A stretch of DNA of 26,015 nucleotides from contig JAWCGL010000001.1 in assembly GCA_038857155.1 (NCBI GenBank), positions 573 to 26,587 of the forward strand, in the 5' to 3' direction. The notes under the pieces are model-generated. The model was not told where the DNA came from. It was given only the letters and a program-made list of their open reading frames with translations, and searched no databases. Shown here one piece after another: positions 1-7,916 of the stretch. The first letter of the stretch is position 1; each line of letters opens with the position of its first letter. The position numbers and the translations under genes are program-made. The stretch is from Candidatus Bathyarchaeia archaeon (lineage in GTDB: Archaea > Thermoproteota > CALKCG01 > B24 > DRYS01).

Positions 1-1
1 G

Positions 2-259
2 ACTATAGATCTACTAGCTAAGCTTACAGGTGAACCCTCAGATCCTAGGAATCTAACGGCTACCCTGATAGATTTTGTGGGAAGCGATATGAAAGATCCG
101 TGGGATATGAGAGCTGGAAGACCGTTTAAGCCATCTAAAGCATTCTACATACCTCAGTTAGAGTGGATTAGGCTATTGTATACGGATAGATACGTCTTCA
201 AGAGGGCTATGGATTATATAGATAAAGGTATAGAGATACCGTTAATACCTCCATCGTAA
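2..259 (+). CDS. 3' part of a CDS of unknown function, running off the left edge
   Basis: The frame of ORF 77..259 is open back to base 2 (TIDLLAKLTGEPSDPRNL...IPLIPPS*). It stops 3 nt before the next ORF. No family recognised. Confidence 0.6.
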   Translation, partial: TIDLLAKLTGEPSDPRNLTATLIDFVGSDMKDPWDMRAGRPFKPSKAFYIPQLEWIRLLYTDRYVFKRAMDYIDKGIEIPLIPPS

Positions 260-262
260 TAT

Positions 263-1480
263 ATGCAGTCTTGTATATACGGTTGGTCGGGGGTGGCTGG
301 GATACCTTCGAGTATCGATAGGATATCTAGCGTTAAACAGGCTATGGAGGGTTACGGTATAGATGTACTGGTATGTAGGAACCCTGAGAATGTACTATTC
401 CTTTCAGGCTATTGGCCTTTAACAGGTTGGTCGCTAGCCGTAATACCGCTAGACGGTGATCCACTCCTCATCATACCTACATCTGAGCTAGATTACGCCG
501 GGGAATCTTGGATCAAGAATGTATACACGTATGAAGCTGAAAGCTTAGAGTATATGTGGGATCCGTACCGCTTCATAGCTGGGATACTCGAAGGGTTAAA
601 TCTGCCCAGAGGTATCAGGGTCGGATGCGAGCTTGGTATGGAAACTATAGCTACAGGTACTATCGCAGGGGAGGTAAGCTACGCGTGCATACCTACCTTC
701 GACCTAGTAAGGGATGTATTCAAGGCTGTATTGGTGGATGCTACACCCCTAATCTCTAGGCTTAGGATGGTTAAATCCCATCGCGAAATAGATAGGATCA
801 AGATAGCTTCGAAGATAGCGTCTATAGCTATAGAGAAGCTGTTAGGAGTGGTAGGAGAGGGTTTGAAGGAATCTGAACTAGCAGCTCTAGCTGAGTCCAT
901 CGTTTACTCTGAGGGTGTAGGGTTTGAAGGGAGGGTTAAAAGGGCTAGGGGCTTCGCTTTCGTTATGTCTGGTGGATCAACTTCTAAGGCATGGTACCCG
1001 TTCAACATATCGTCTGATCGTAGGATTACGAGGGGTGATCCGATCCTACTAGAGTTTAACGTATGCGCAGATGGGTATTGGATAGATGTAACTAGGACAT
1101 GGATCTTAGGTAGACCTACTAAAGAACAGGAGGATATCTTCGACACCTTGATGGAAGCTCAAGAATCTGTTTACAGATATGAGAATCCAGGTATGAAGGC
1201 TTGCGATTTAGATTGGGCGGCTAGAAGCGTCGTAAGGGTTAGGGGATACGATCGTTTCTTCCCGCATAGGCTTGGCCATGGAGTAGGATTGAGATTACAC
1301 GAAGAGCCTATAATCCATCCATCATCATCCATCATAGTCGAGAAGGATACGATCCATACGGTGGAACCTGGCATATACACAGATAGATACGGATTGAGAT
1401 TAGAAGATGTAGTTTTAGTTCTAGGTAAAGGTGTAGAAAATCTTTTCCCAGGATACAAGTTCTTAAGTCTCAGTGAATAG
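263..1480 (+). CDS. M24 family Xaa-Pro aminopeptidase/prolidase-like protein
   Basis: Creatinase-type N-domain (NPENVLFLSGY) and pita-bread motifs GYWIDVTRTW, HRLGHGVGLRLHEEP, TVEPGIY, GLRLEDVV. The true start may be slightly downstream of 263. Confidence 0.88.
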   Translation: MQSCIYGWSGVAGIPSSIDRISSVKQAMEGYGIDVLVCRNPENVLFLSGYWPLTGWSLAVIPLDGDPLLIIPTSELDYAGESWIKNVYTYEAESLEYMWDPYRFIAGILEGLNLPRGIRVGCELGMETIATGTIAGEVSYACIPTFDLVRDVFKAVLVDATPLISRLRMVKSHREIDRIKIASKIASIAIEKLLGVVGEGLKESELAALAESIVYSEGVGFEGRVKRARGFAFVMSGGSTSKAWYPFNISSDRRITRGDPILLEFNVCADGYWIDVTRTWILGRPTKEQEDIFDTLMEAQESVYRYENPGMKACDLDWAARSVVRVRGYDRFFPHRLGHGVGLRLHEEPIIHPSSSIIVEKDTIHTVEPGIYTDRYGLRLEDVVLVLGKGVENLFPGYKFLSLSE

Positions 1481-1688
1481 CTGGCAGCCCATTCTTGCGC
1501 TCTACACTTGTCTATCTTATGTAGTTTCCTTTAATACCGATCCATAGTATTTAGCCCACCTCGTTTAATTTTCAACTCTATCAGCTCCTAGATTTTCAAG
1601 TAGATAGATACCTTCAGATGGTGTTAGAGTAAGCTGCTTATTTCCACCTCATGAATATTTAGCTCGTATCGATGCTATCTTCTACAAA

Positions 1689-1700
1689 ATATTTAAATAT
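1689..1700 (+). promoter_or_regulatory. TATA box upstream of ORF 1732
   Basis: ATATTTAAATAT preceded by an A-rich BRE-like AAAA, about 30-40 nt upstream of the ATG. Confidence 0.5.
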
Positions 1701-1706
1701 ATGTCG

Positions 1707-1726
1707 CTCACATCTATTTTTGTGAG
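1707..1726. promoter_or_regulatory. Inverted repeat CTCACA-N8-TGTGAG, candidate operator
   Basis: Perfect 6-8-6 dyad lying between the TATA box and the start codon. Confidence 0.35.
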
Positions 1727-1731
1727 AAGCT

Positions 1732-2094
1732 ATGAGTAGAGGTGTACGTCGAAAAACGATCCTTCCAGAAACTGCTGAAGTATTTTATAGGGGAAGATGG
1801 GTTAAAGCATCTGAGATAGTACCTGAAAGAGTACCTAAAACTAAGATAGAAGAAGCAAGGAGCGAGATTATACGAAGAGTTATAGGCGAGGTAAGATCTT
1901 CACCCGAATCTTCTCTTACAAGACCTGAACTGATAAAGATATGTGAAGAGGTATCTAAAGAGAGAGGATTAAAGAGGAGGGTAAACTACCGATTCCTACT
2001 AGAGAGAGGTATCCTAGGTAGGCTTAAAGGTACCAGAAGATACTTCCTAACAGAGAAGACTAAAGAACTTTACCCAGAACTATTCACCAGCTAA
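1732..2094 (+). CDS. Hypothetical basic protein, possible winged-helix DNA-binding C-terminus
   Basis: 120 aa, K/R/E-rich, with its own TATA box. The C-terminal LTRPELIKICEEVSK...LLERGILGRLKGTRRYFLTEK resembles a helix plus wing hairpin. Confidence 0.65.
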   Translation: MSRGVRRKTILPETAEVFYRGRWVKASEIVPERVPKTKIEEARSEIIRRVIGEVRSSPESSLTRPELIKICEEVSKERGLKRRVNYRFLLERGILGRLKGTRRYFLTEKTKELYPELFTS

Positions 2095-2224
2095 ACTATA
2101 TAGCGGTAAAGCATATCATAGGAAAGATCCAATCCAGGCTATCTCAAATCTATTCTACCTTCCATTTATCCCATCAACCTACAATGTTTAATAGCTGCAA
2201 GTAGATCTACATAGATATCGCTAT

Positions 2225-2299
2225 GGGCCGGTAGCTCAGTCTGGTACGAGCACCCGGTTCGCACCCGGGAGGCCGCGGGTTCGAATCCCGCCCGGTCCA
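2225..2299 (+). tRNA. tRNA-Ala(CGC), intronless, CCA not encoded
   Basis: Full cloverleaf: acceptor GGGCCGG/CCGGTCC with the G3:U70 Ala determinant, D arm GCTC/GAGC, anticodon arm CCCGG-TTCGCAC-CCGGG, T arm GCGGG-TTCGAAT-CCCGC, discriminator A. TTTAATA at 2187-2193 upstream. Confidence 0.97.
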
Positions 2300-2355
2300 C
2301 TCTTGATTAAGGGCGAATTCTCTACATAGGAGATTGCAGCTCAGTATCTTGATGA

Positions 2356-2702
2356 ATGATACTGAGGAGGAAGCAATTATGGTTGGCTTCTTAAAGATCT
2401 TCAGGTTAAGCGTTGGCTCATGAACTTAGCTAGGGGGAAGCCCTGCTGAGTTTGCTCTGAGAAGGTTGAACAGACTCTGCGAGCTTCTAAATACAACTCC
2501 TAAGGGAAGCGTACTTGAATACCAAGAAAAAGAGTGTGTCCTTAAAGCATACCCCATAGACCATAAGGGGAATATGCATCTACACTTTGAAAGACCTAGG
2601 CTATCAAGTCTTTTAAAAGATAGGTTGATCATACTTGAGGAGTATTTAGAGCTTGCTAAAGATACATATAGGCTGAAGTCAAGCCCCAAGAGTCAAAGGT
2701 GA
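2356..2702 (+). pseudogene. Frameshifted, truncated N-terminal remnant of an archaeal tyrosine integrase/recombinase
   Basis: One frame reads NYGWLLKDLQVKRWLMNLARGKPC*. A shift near 2440-2447 continues AEFALRRLNRLCELLNTTPK. This matches, from memory, the N-terminal pattern L..D..V.RW..NL.RG......LR.L..(F/L)C....TP of archaeal integrases. No catalytic domain is present. Confidence 0.55.
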
Positions 2703-2719
2703 AGTAGAAGCTGTCATAG

Positions 2720-3154
2720 CCTTCCATTTCTGATTTAGTATCGATAGGAGGACTCCTACTTGGAATCCTCAACACGATCCTAATAGTTTACTTCCAATAC
2801 TTGAAGCACGCCCTCATAAAGTTGCCATACGATCCAGAAATATAGAATGGAAGTATAGTAGCGCTGGACAGGCACATACCATTCGAAGGTAGGATAGAGA
2901 TTCGAAACCTGGAAAACATAGATGCTGTGATATTCTCCGTTCATACGGCTGAAGCGTCTATGAGAGGATTCAGTAGATACAAGATCAAAGAGCTAATGGA
3001 CGAGGAATTTCCACTCGAATTAAAGGCTGGAGAGTCAAGAATAACCCATTATATTCTAGACGTGCCCTTAAAACCCTGGAGCATGTCTATAAGATTCGTA
3101 GTAGAGAAATCTGCTGGCGTATCTATAGGGAGGTTCACGCTAAGCTGGCGGTAA
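2720..3154 (+). pseudogene. Broken gene for a membrane-anchored protein
   Basis: The frame of ORF 2927..3154 extends upstream through a single TAG (2843-2845) into a hydrophobic segment LVSIGGLLLGILNTILIVYFQYL. No start codon remains. Confidence 0.5.
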
Positions 3155-3285
3155 ACCATGCTAATTCCTGATCCAATTCAAACTATAGACTTAAACCCAT
3201 TTGTATATGAATCCGTTCGTTAAGGCTTTTTAACCTTGAACATTTAAATCTTTATCGATCTATAAAAAATTATTGGGAGACTAAA

Positions 3286-3993
3286 TTGACGCCTCGCTTT
3301 CACGTTGCGATAATGGCGGTGTTACCGTTAATACTGAATATCTTAATGACACCTATGGTAATAATATCTATGGTGCCCTTAACAGAGTTCTTAAAGAACC
3401 CTACCTACTACATATATGCTTATGGGTTCATCCTTTGGTCAGTTTACCATGTTTTTCTGTTTTCTTTAGCTTATCGGTTTCTTAAAATCGAAGGGGGGTC
3501 TCTTAAGGAGATAATTGGGCCGGTAGGAGTCAAAGCTTGGCTATCGATAGCTACAATCGTTGGGTTATTAGGGTTGTCTATGATGATATTCCAAGTGGTT
3601 GAACCAATGGTGACTAACCTGTTATATGGACCAAGGATGTGGGAGCAATTCCTAAGTGAATATAGAAAACTTCCTTTAGCTTTTGCTCTTTATGGCATAC
3701 TGGTCACATCGTCAACTGCTGGTGTGTGTGAGGAAATAGTGTGGAGAGGCTATCTTCAGACTAGATTGGAACGTATGTTCAGTGGCAGGATTTTAATAGC
3801 CATAACAATTCAAGCTATATTATTTGGTTTATGGCATAGTATATCAGTACACACGATATTCACGGCAATATTTGGCTTTATATTCGGCTTAGTATACGCT
3901 AAAACGAGGAGGCTAATGCCAATAATGATAGGTCATTGGTTAGGTGATGTCATAGGCTTCTCCACTATGTACTTCATACCGATCTTTTCTTAA
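3286..3993 (+). CDS. CPBP (CAAX protease/Abi) family intramembrane glutamic metalloprotease
   Basis: Multiple TM segments; motifs EEIVWRGY (EExxxR), FGLWH (FxxxH) and HWLGD (HxxxD). TTG start with GGGAG RBS. Confidence 0.92.
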   Translation: MTPRFHVAIMAVLPLILNILMTPMVIISMVPLTEFLKNPTYYIYAYGFILWSVYHVFLFSLAYRFLKIEGGSLKEIIGPVGVKAWLSIATIVGLLGLSMMIFQVVEPMVTNLLYGPRMWEQFLSEYRKLPLAFALYGILVTSSTAGVCEEIVWRGYLQTRLERMFSGRILIAITIQAILFGLWHSISVHTIFTAIFGFIFGLVYAKTRRLMPIMIGHWLGDVIGFSTMYFIPIFS

Positions 3994-4294
3994 TGAAACT
4001 TAGCACACTTAGAATATATCGGGCTTCCAGCCATATAAAGGGCTTCCCATCTCACTAGTATAGCGGTAATCGTCGCTCCATGGATAGAGGAGTAAATGAG
4101 ATTTTAAAGGCTTCTATCTCGAAGATAGCTTATACCCTCCATCTCCCTCTTTAAAGCTTCTATACCACCAGATCTTATAAGAGGGGAAAATTATCTATTA
4201 ATCGTATACCGCCCGATTCAACTTTCCTAGAGATAGCATGTTAGAAGTTAAACTGTATTGTCGTAAAAATATCGTATACGGGTAGAGTTTTATT

Positions 4295-5422
4295 TTATAC
4301 AGCCCTATATTCTTCGAACCATTTTTGATACCTAGATATAGTAATGTTATTTACGCTAGGCTTCCTTCTACCTAGAGCATCTATGAAATCCTTCATGCCT
4401 ATGGGTCTAGGATAGCTTTTCGGATCATCTACCCTTCCTGTTTCGAAGAATTCTCTGACGACTATAGCGTAGGCTTCTCTTACGAGCTCTGTAAGATCGT
4501 GGAATGTATAGCCCTCGGTAGCTCTAGCTATCTTCTCTAGATCCACATCATCCTCAAGCGTTAGATTCCGGGTAGACCTCTTTAGTAGAGTTAGCCTACC
4601 GTTATAGTCTGGTGGGGGTATGTAGATACGCTTCTGGAATCTTCGGATGAACGGTTCATCTAGATCCCAAGGCTTATTCGTAGCTCCTATAACGTATACG
4701 TAGCTACACTTACCCTTCTCGAATATACCATCCATCTCCTTCAGAAGCTGGTTCCTAACTCTAACCTCCCCTCCAACCTCCTGATTCCTTATACCCGCTA
4801 TAGAATCTACCTCGTCTATGAATATTATCGCTGGCTTCCCCTTCTCAGTGTAACCCCTCGCTTCAGAGAATAGAGCTGCGACGTTCTTCTCGCTTTCACC
4901 CAGCCACTTACTCATAATCGTAGCAGCGTCGACGTCGAAGAATGCAGCATCTATCTCGCTAGCTACGGCTGCGGCTAGCATAGTCTTACCGCATCCTGGG
5001 GGGCCGAAGAATAGTATACCTCTAGGCCATCCTAACGGGAATAGATCCGGCCTCTTCAGAGGGTAGACTATAGCTTCGATTATAGCTTTCTTAGCTTCTT
5101 CGAGATCGACTATATCCCCCCATCTTATCGACGGCTTAGAAGCTAAGACAACTGTAGACGACTGCTTGGAAATATCTCCTCCGCCTAGGATTTGAGGTTG
5201 AAGCCTAGATTTAAGCTCCTCCACTCTACGTTGATATGCTTTTACCCTCTCCTTATACACGTGAATATAGGGTAGCTCGGGATAGTACATACATATCCTA
5301 CTGAGGATCTCTATCGCTCTGTTATACTTCTCTATAGCTCTATCATACTGCCCGCTTCTATCGTAATCTACGGCTTCAGAGGCATTCTTAACAGCAAGCT
5401 CTTCGAGCTCACGCATATCCAT
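4295..5422 (-). CDS. cdvC: Vps4-like AAA+ ATPase of cell division (CdvC)
   Basis: N-terminal MIT three-helix domain, Walker A GPPGCGKT, pore loop SKWLGESEK, Walker B IIFIDEVD, SRH TNKPWDLDEPFIRRF. Directly downstream of cdvA-cdvB. Confidence 0.93.
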   Translation of the reverse strand: MDMRELEELAVKNASEAVDYDRSGQYDRAIEKYNRAIEILSRICMYYPELPYIHVYKERVKAYQRRVEELKSRLQPQILGGGDISKQSSTVVLASKPSIRWGDIVDLEEAKKAIIEAIVYPLKRPDLFPLGWPRGILFFGPPGCGKTMLAAAVASEIDAAFFDVDAATIMSKWLGESEKNVAALFSEARGYTEKGKPAIIFIDEVDSIAGIRNQEVGGEVRVRNQLLKEMDGIFEKGKCSYVYVIGATNKPWDLDEPFIRRFQKRIYIPPPDYNGRLTLLKRSTRNLTLEDDVDLEKIARATEGYTFHDLTELVREAYAIVVREFFETGRVDDPKSYPRPIGMKDFIDALGRRKPSVNNITISRYQKWFEEYRAV

Positions 5423-5471
5423 TAGGCTTCCCCCACCAAATTCTAACGATTATGAACGTCCGCTTAGATAG

Positions 5472-6299
5472 TTAGCGTCTTAAGACTATCTTCCCCTCCT
5501 CTTCGAGCGATTTCAACGCGCGTACAACATCATCCGGAGACGCTTGTAGTTCCCTAGCGCATACAGATACTTTTAAAGCACCCTTGCTACTCTGTATATA
5601 CTCTAGCAGTTTCACCTTTAATTCATCGAAGCTTATCGTAGGAGGGCTAACAGGCGGTGTCCCCCCAGTTGGGGTCGGTGTATCCCTCGTAAGGGTACCT
5701 TCCGCTTCGGTTATAGGGATCCTACGCTCCTCCACCTCCTCTACAGGGAGTTCTGGGAAGCTCTCCCTAATCTTCTGTTCAGCTATGAACGCTGCCTCCT
5801 CTATAATCCTCCTAGCTTCATCGTTCAATTCAACCTCCTCAAGCTTATGTCCGTTTACAACCTTCATCTCGCTAACGGTCGTTATCAGGAGCCGGCTAAC
5901 TTCATCTAACCCGTTAGCGACATCCGGTACGATGTTAGCTATCTGCCTACGCATCTCTTTTACAAGCCCGAGGACAGGTGCAAGCTGGATCATCAGATCG
6001 CTAAACTCTTGTATAGTCTCCAGCCTAAGTATCACGCGTTCTAAAGCTAGCTGTATGCTTAGAAGGAGTTTAGCTATACCCCTAACCTCTGAGCATTCGT
6101 TAGCATACATCTTACTCCTAGCATAGTCTTTTGATAGATAAGCTCCTACGCATCTCTCGAAGATCTCTCTATCCCTACGTTGAAGTTTAGCCATTATATG
6201 CTCAAGCTTCTCCTTCTGAGATTCAAGCTTATATATCGCTACGTTTATACGCTCCTTCAGCGACTGTCTGGAGGATGCGAAGAATCTACGTATCATCAT
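5472..6299 (-). CDS. cdvB: ESCRT-III protein CdvB with C-terminal winged-helix domain
   Basis: Snf7 core (MYANECSEVR...LERVILRLETIQEF), MIM2-like FPELP, P/T-rich linker, terminal wH-like ELKVKLLEYIQ...LKSLEEEGKIVL. Confidence 0.9.
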   Translation of the reverse strand: MMIRRFFASSRQSLKERINVAIYKLESQKEKLEHIMAKLQRRDREIFERCVGAYLSKDYARSKMYANECSEVRGIAKLLLSIQLALERVILRLETIQEFSDLMIQLAPVLGLVKEMRRQIANIVPDVANGLDEVSRLLITTVSEMKVVNGHKLEEVELNDEARRIIEEAAFIAEQKIRESFPELPVEEVEERRIPITEAEGTLTRDTPTPTGGTPPVSPPTISFDELKVKLLEYIQSSKGALKVSVCARELQASPDDVVRALKSLEEEGKIVLRR

Positions 6300-6341
6300 C
6301 CATCCCCCCGCCTGCTAGCCCTCCGAGCCATATCCATTAGT

Positions 6342-7058
6342 CTACTCCTCTACCCTCACTACAAGCGGCTCTATAGGTTTAGTAGATGCAGCCTCCTCCA
6401 GCTTAAACCCAGGCTTCTCAGATAATTCGGCTCCGCTCTTAATACCGCTCTCGACCGTAGGGATGAAACCCTTCTCAGCTATATCTATAAACTTCTCTAT
6501 ATCATCCTTCTCGTTTCTACAATAGCTTATGCCCTTCTCTATCGAAGATCTAGCTTCGTTGAAGGTTTCAGGTAGGATCTCACCGAGAATATACTGTAGC
6601 TTGAGTACTGCTAAGACGTATTCTAGATCCTTAATCCTCCCTTCGAGTGTTTCCACCCTTCTTTTAAGAGACTCTATAAACGAAGCCTTCTTGGATTCCA
6701 GCTCCTCTATAGCCGAGTTATACATAGCTTTAAGCTTCTCGTATGCTTCCCCGGTTATCTCTCCATTCTTATACAATGTATCTAGAGCTTTAAGCCTAGC
6801 TAAACTTACACTATAGACCCTCTCCAGTATATTCGCTTCAACCCTCCATCCATATATGTATACGAGTTTCCCATTCCTTATCTTAACTCTATCGCCCTTA
6901 AGCTTACGATACTCCCCATCACCTGTTTCGACATCGAATGTTTCAACTTCGTTTTTCGCGTTAACAGCGAAGCCTACAACTCTACCTAAGCTCTTACCAT
7001 AGCTATCCATTATGGGTTTACCAAGAAAATTCTTAACATGCTCGAATCTAAGAGGCAA
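6342..7058 (-). CDS. cdvA: Cell division protein CdvA
   Basis: N-terminal PRC barrel (FLGKPIMDSYGKSLGRVVG), long coiled coil, C-terminal beta-strand-like EPLVVRVEE resembling the ESCRT-III-binding tail. Confidence 0.9.
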   Translation of the reverse strand: MPLRFEHVKNFLGKPIMDSYGKSLGRVVGFAVNAKNEVETFDVETGDGEYRKLKGDRVKIRNGKLVYIYGWRVEANILERVYSVSLARLKALDTLYKNGEITGEAYEKLKAMYNSAIEELESKKASFIESLKRRVETLEGRIKDLEYVLAVLKLQYILGEILPETFNEARSSIEKGISYCRNEKDDIEKFIDIAEKGFIPTVESGIKSGAELSEKPGFKLEEAASTKPIEPLVVRVEE

Positions 7059-7070
7059 AGCTTACACCCC

Positions 7071-7694
7071 CTATACCTTCTTCGTAGATTCTCTCGAAGG
7101 TAATTCCGTCGAAGGTATTTCTGGTAGTGTCTCCTTCATCTTCTGCTCCGCTACGAAGGATGCCTTCTCTAGTATATGTCTAGCCTCCTCGCTGGCAGCT
7201 TCTATCTCCCAACTCCTACCTGTAGCCTCTCCCACCTCTGCTACTATACCGTTAAGCTCCTCTCCTATAGCTCCAAGCTCATAGCTTACCTCAGGTATTA
7301 TACCTGAAAGCTGCGTCTTGAGTACGTTAACTACGCTAGCTACAGGAGCCATAACCGCTACTACGTCTCCGAACTCCTGTACAGTCTCCAATCTCAGGAT
7401 AGCCTGCTCTATAGCTAGCTGCGCTCTGAGCATTATGTTTAGCATCTTCCTTATCTCAGCGCATTCGTTAGCATACATAGCCGCTCGTATAGGATCCTTC
7501 GCCAGCTGTGCCTCTACACATCTCTCGAATAGACTCCTATCCTGCTTCTGCATACGTGTCGACGCCATCTCGAGTTTATCCTTCTGTATCTTAAGCCTAT
7601 AGATCGTCTTTCCTATCCTCTCCTTAAGCGGAGGCTGCTTCTTAAACAGACCTGTCCCTCTCTCCCATGCTTTGAATAGATCTCTTGTACTCAT
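7071..7694 (-). CDS. Second ESCRT-III/Snf7 paralogue (CdvB1/B2-like, no wH domain)
   Basis: Snf7 core (AAMYANECAEIRKM...QAILRLETVQEFGD), MIM2-like LPEIP near the end, no wH. RBS GGAGGTG. Confidence 0.9.
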   Translation of the reverse strand: MSTRDLFKAWERGTGLFKKQPPLKERIGKTIYRLKIQKDKLEMASTRMQKQDRSLFERCVEAQLAKDPIRAAMYANECAEIRKMLNIMLRAQLAIEQAILRLETVQEFGDVVAVMAPVASVVNVLKTQLSGIIPEVSYELGAIGEELNGIVAEVGEATGRSWEIEAASEEARHILEKASFVAEQKMKETLPEIPSTELPSRESTKKV

Positions 7695-7740
7695 CTTAAG
7701 CCCACCTCCTAGGCTTAGGGCCTGATGGGGAGAGAGGTCT

Positions 7741-7755
7741 GCGAAACTATAAATA
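7741..7755. promoter_or_regulatory. TATA element in the divergent cdv/npdG intergenic region
   Basis: GCGAAAC-TATAAATA on + reads TATTTATA on -. Direction cannot be decided from sequence. Confidence 0.4.
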
Positions 7756-7916
7756 CCATTTTAACAGTATCTATCAAAACATGCACTCTGAATAGATAGA
7801 TGTTGATTTTACCGCTAAGATAGTTTAATCGATGCATGCATATTCCAGTAATACTTAAGTTATATGTAGAGTATTCAGGATTGCAAGTTTATGAGCTGGT
7901 TCACATTAAAACAAAT

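Larger units (their letters stand above)
2300..4290. mobile_element. Decayed integrative islet downstream of tRNA-Ala (boundaries approximate)
   Basis: Starts at the tRNA 3' end. Contains an integrase-like remnant, a broken ORF and a CPBP gene. It is visibly more T/A-rich and has fewer of the CTAG/GATC words typical of the flanking genes. Confidence 0.55.

Noticed and set aside
1481-1680. Possible gene remnant on the minus strand between the M24 gene and ORF 1732
   Set aside because: Only fragments under 30 codons, with no recognisable motif.
2426-2689. Minus-strand 87-aa ORF in the islet
   Set aside because: Antisense shadow of the integrase-like remnant; no motifs.
2843-2845. In-frame TAG as possible pyrrolysine codon
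   Set aside because: The frame has no start codon, lies among decayed genes, and is not a methylamine methyltransferase; pseudogenisation is simpler.
4000-4290. Short direct repeat GGGCTTCC (4021, 4040) and broken minus-strand coding-like fragments
   Set aside because: The repeat is only 8 bp, does not match the tRNA end, and no family is recognisable in the fragments.
6300-6341. Short ATG-initiated frame and G-run between cdvA and cdvB, suggesting a frameshifted cdvB N-terminus
   Set aside because: CdvB from 6299 already aligns with the paralogue's N-terminus, and the G-run is explained as an RBS.
7836-7916. 27-aa N-terminal extension of npdG in the ORF track
   Set aside because: AT-rich intergenic-like sequence with no family resemblance; NpdG proteins begin just before the Rossmann motif.
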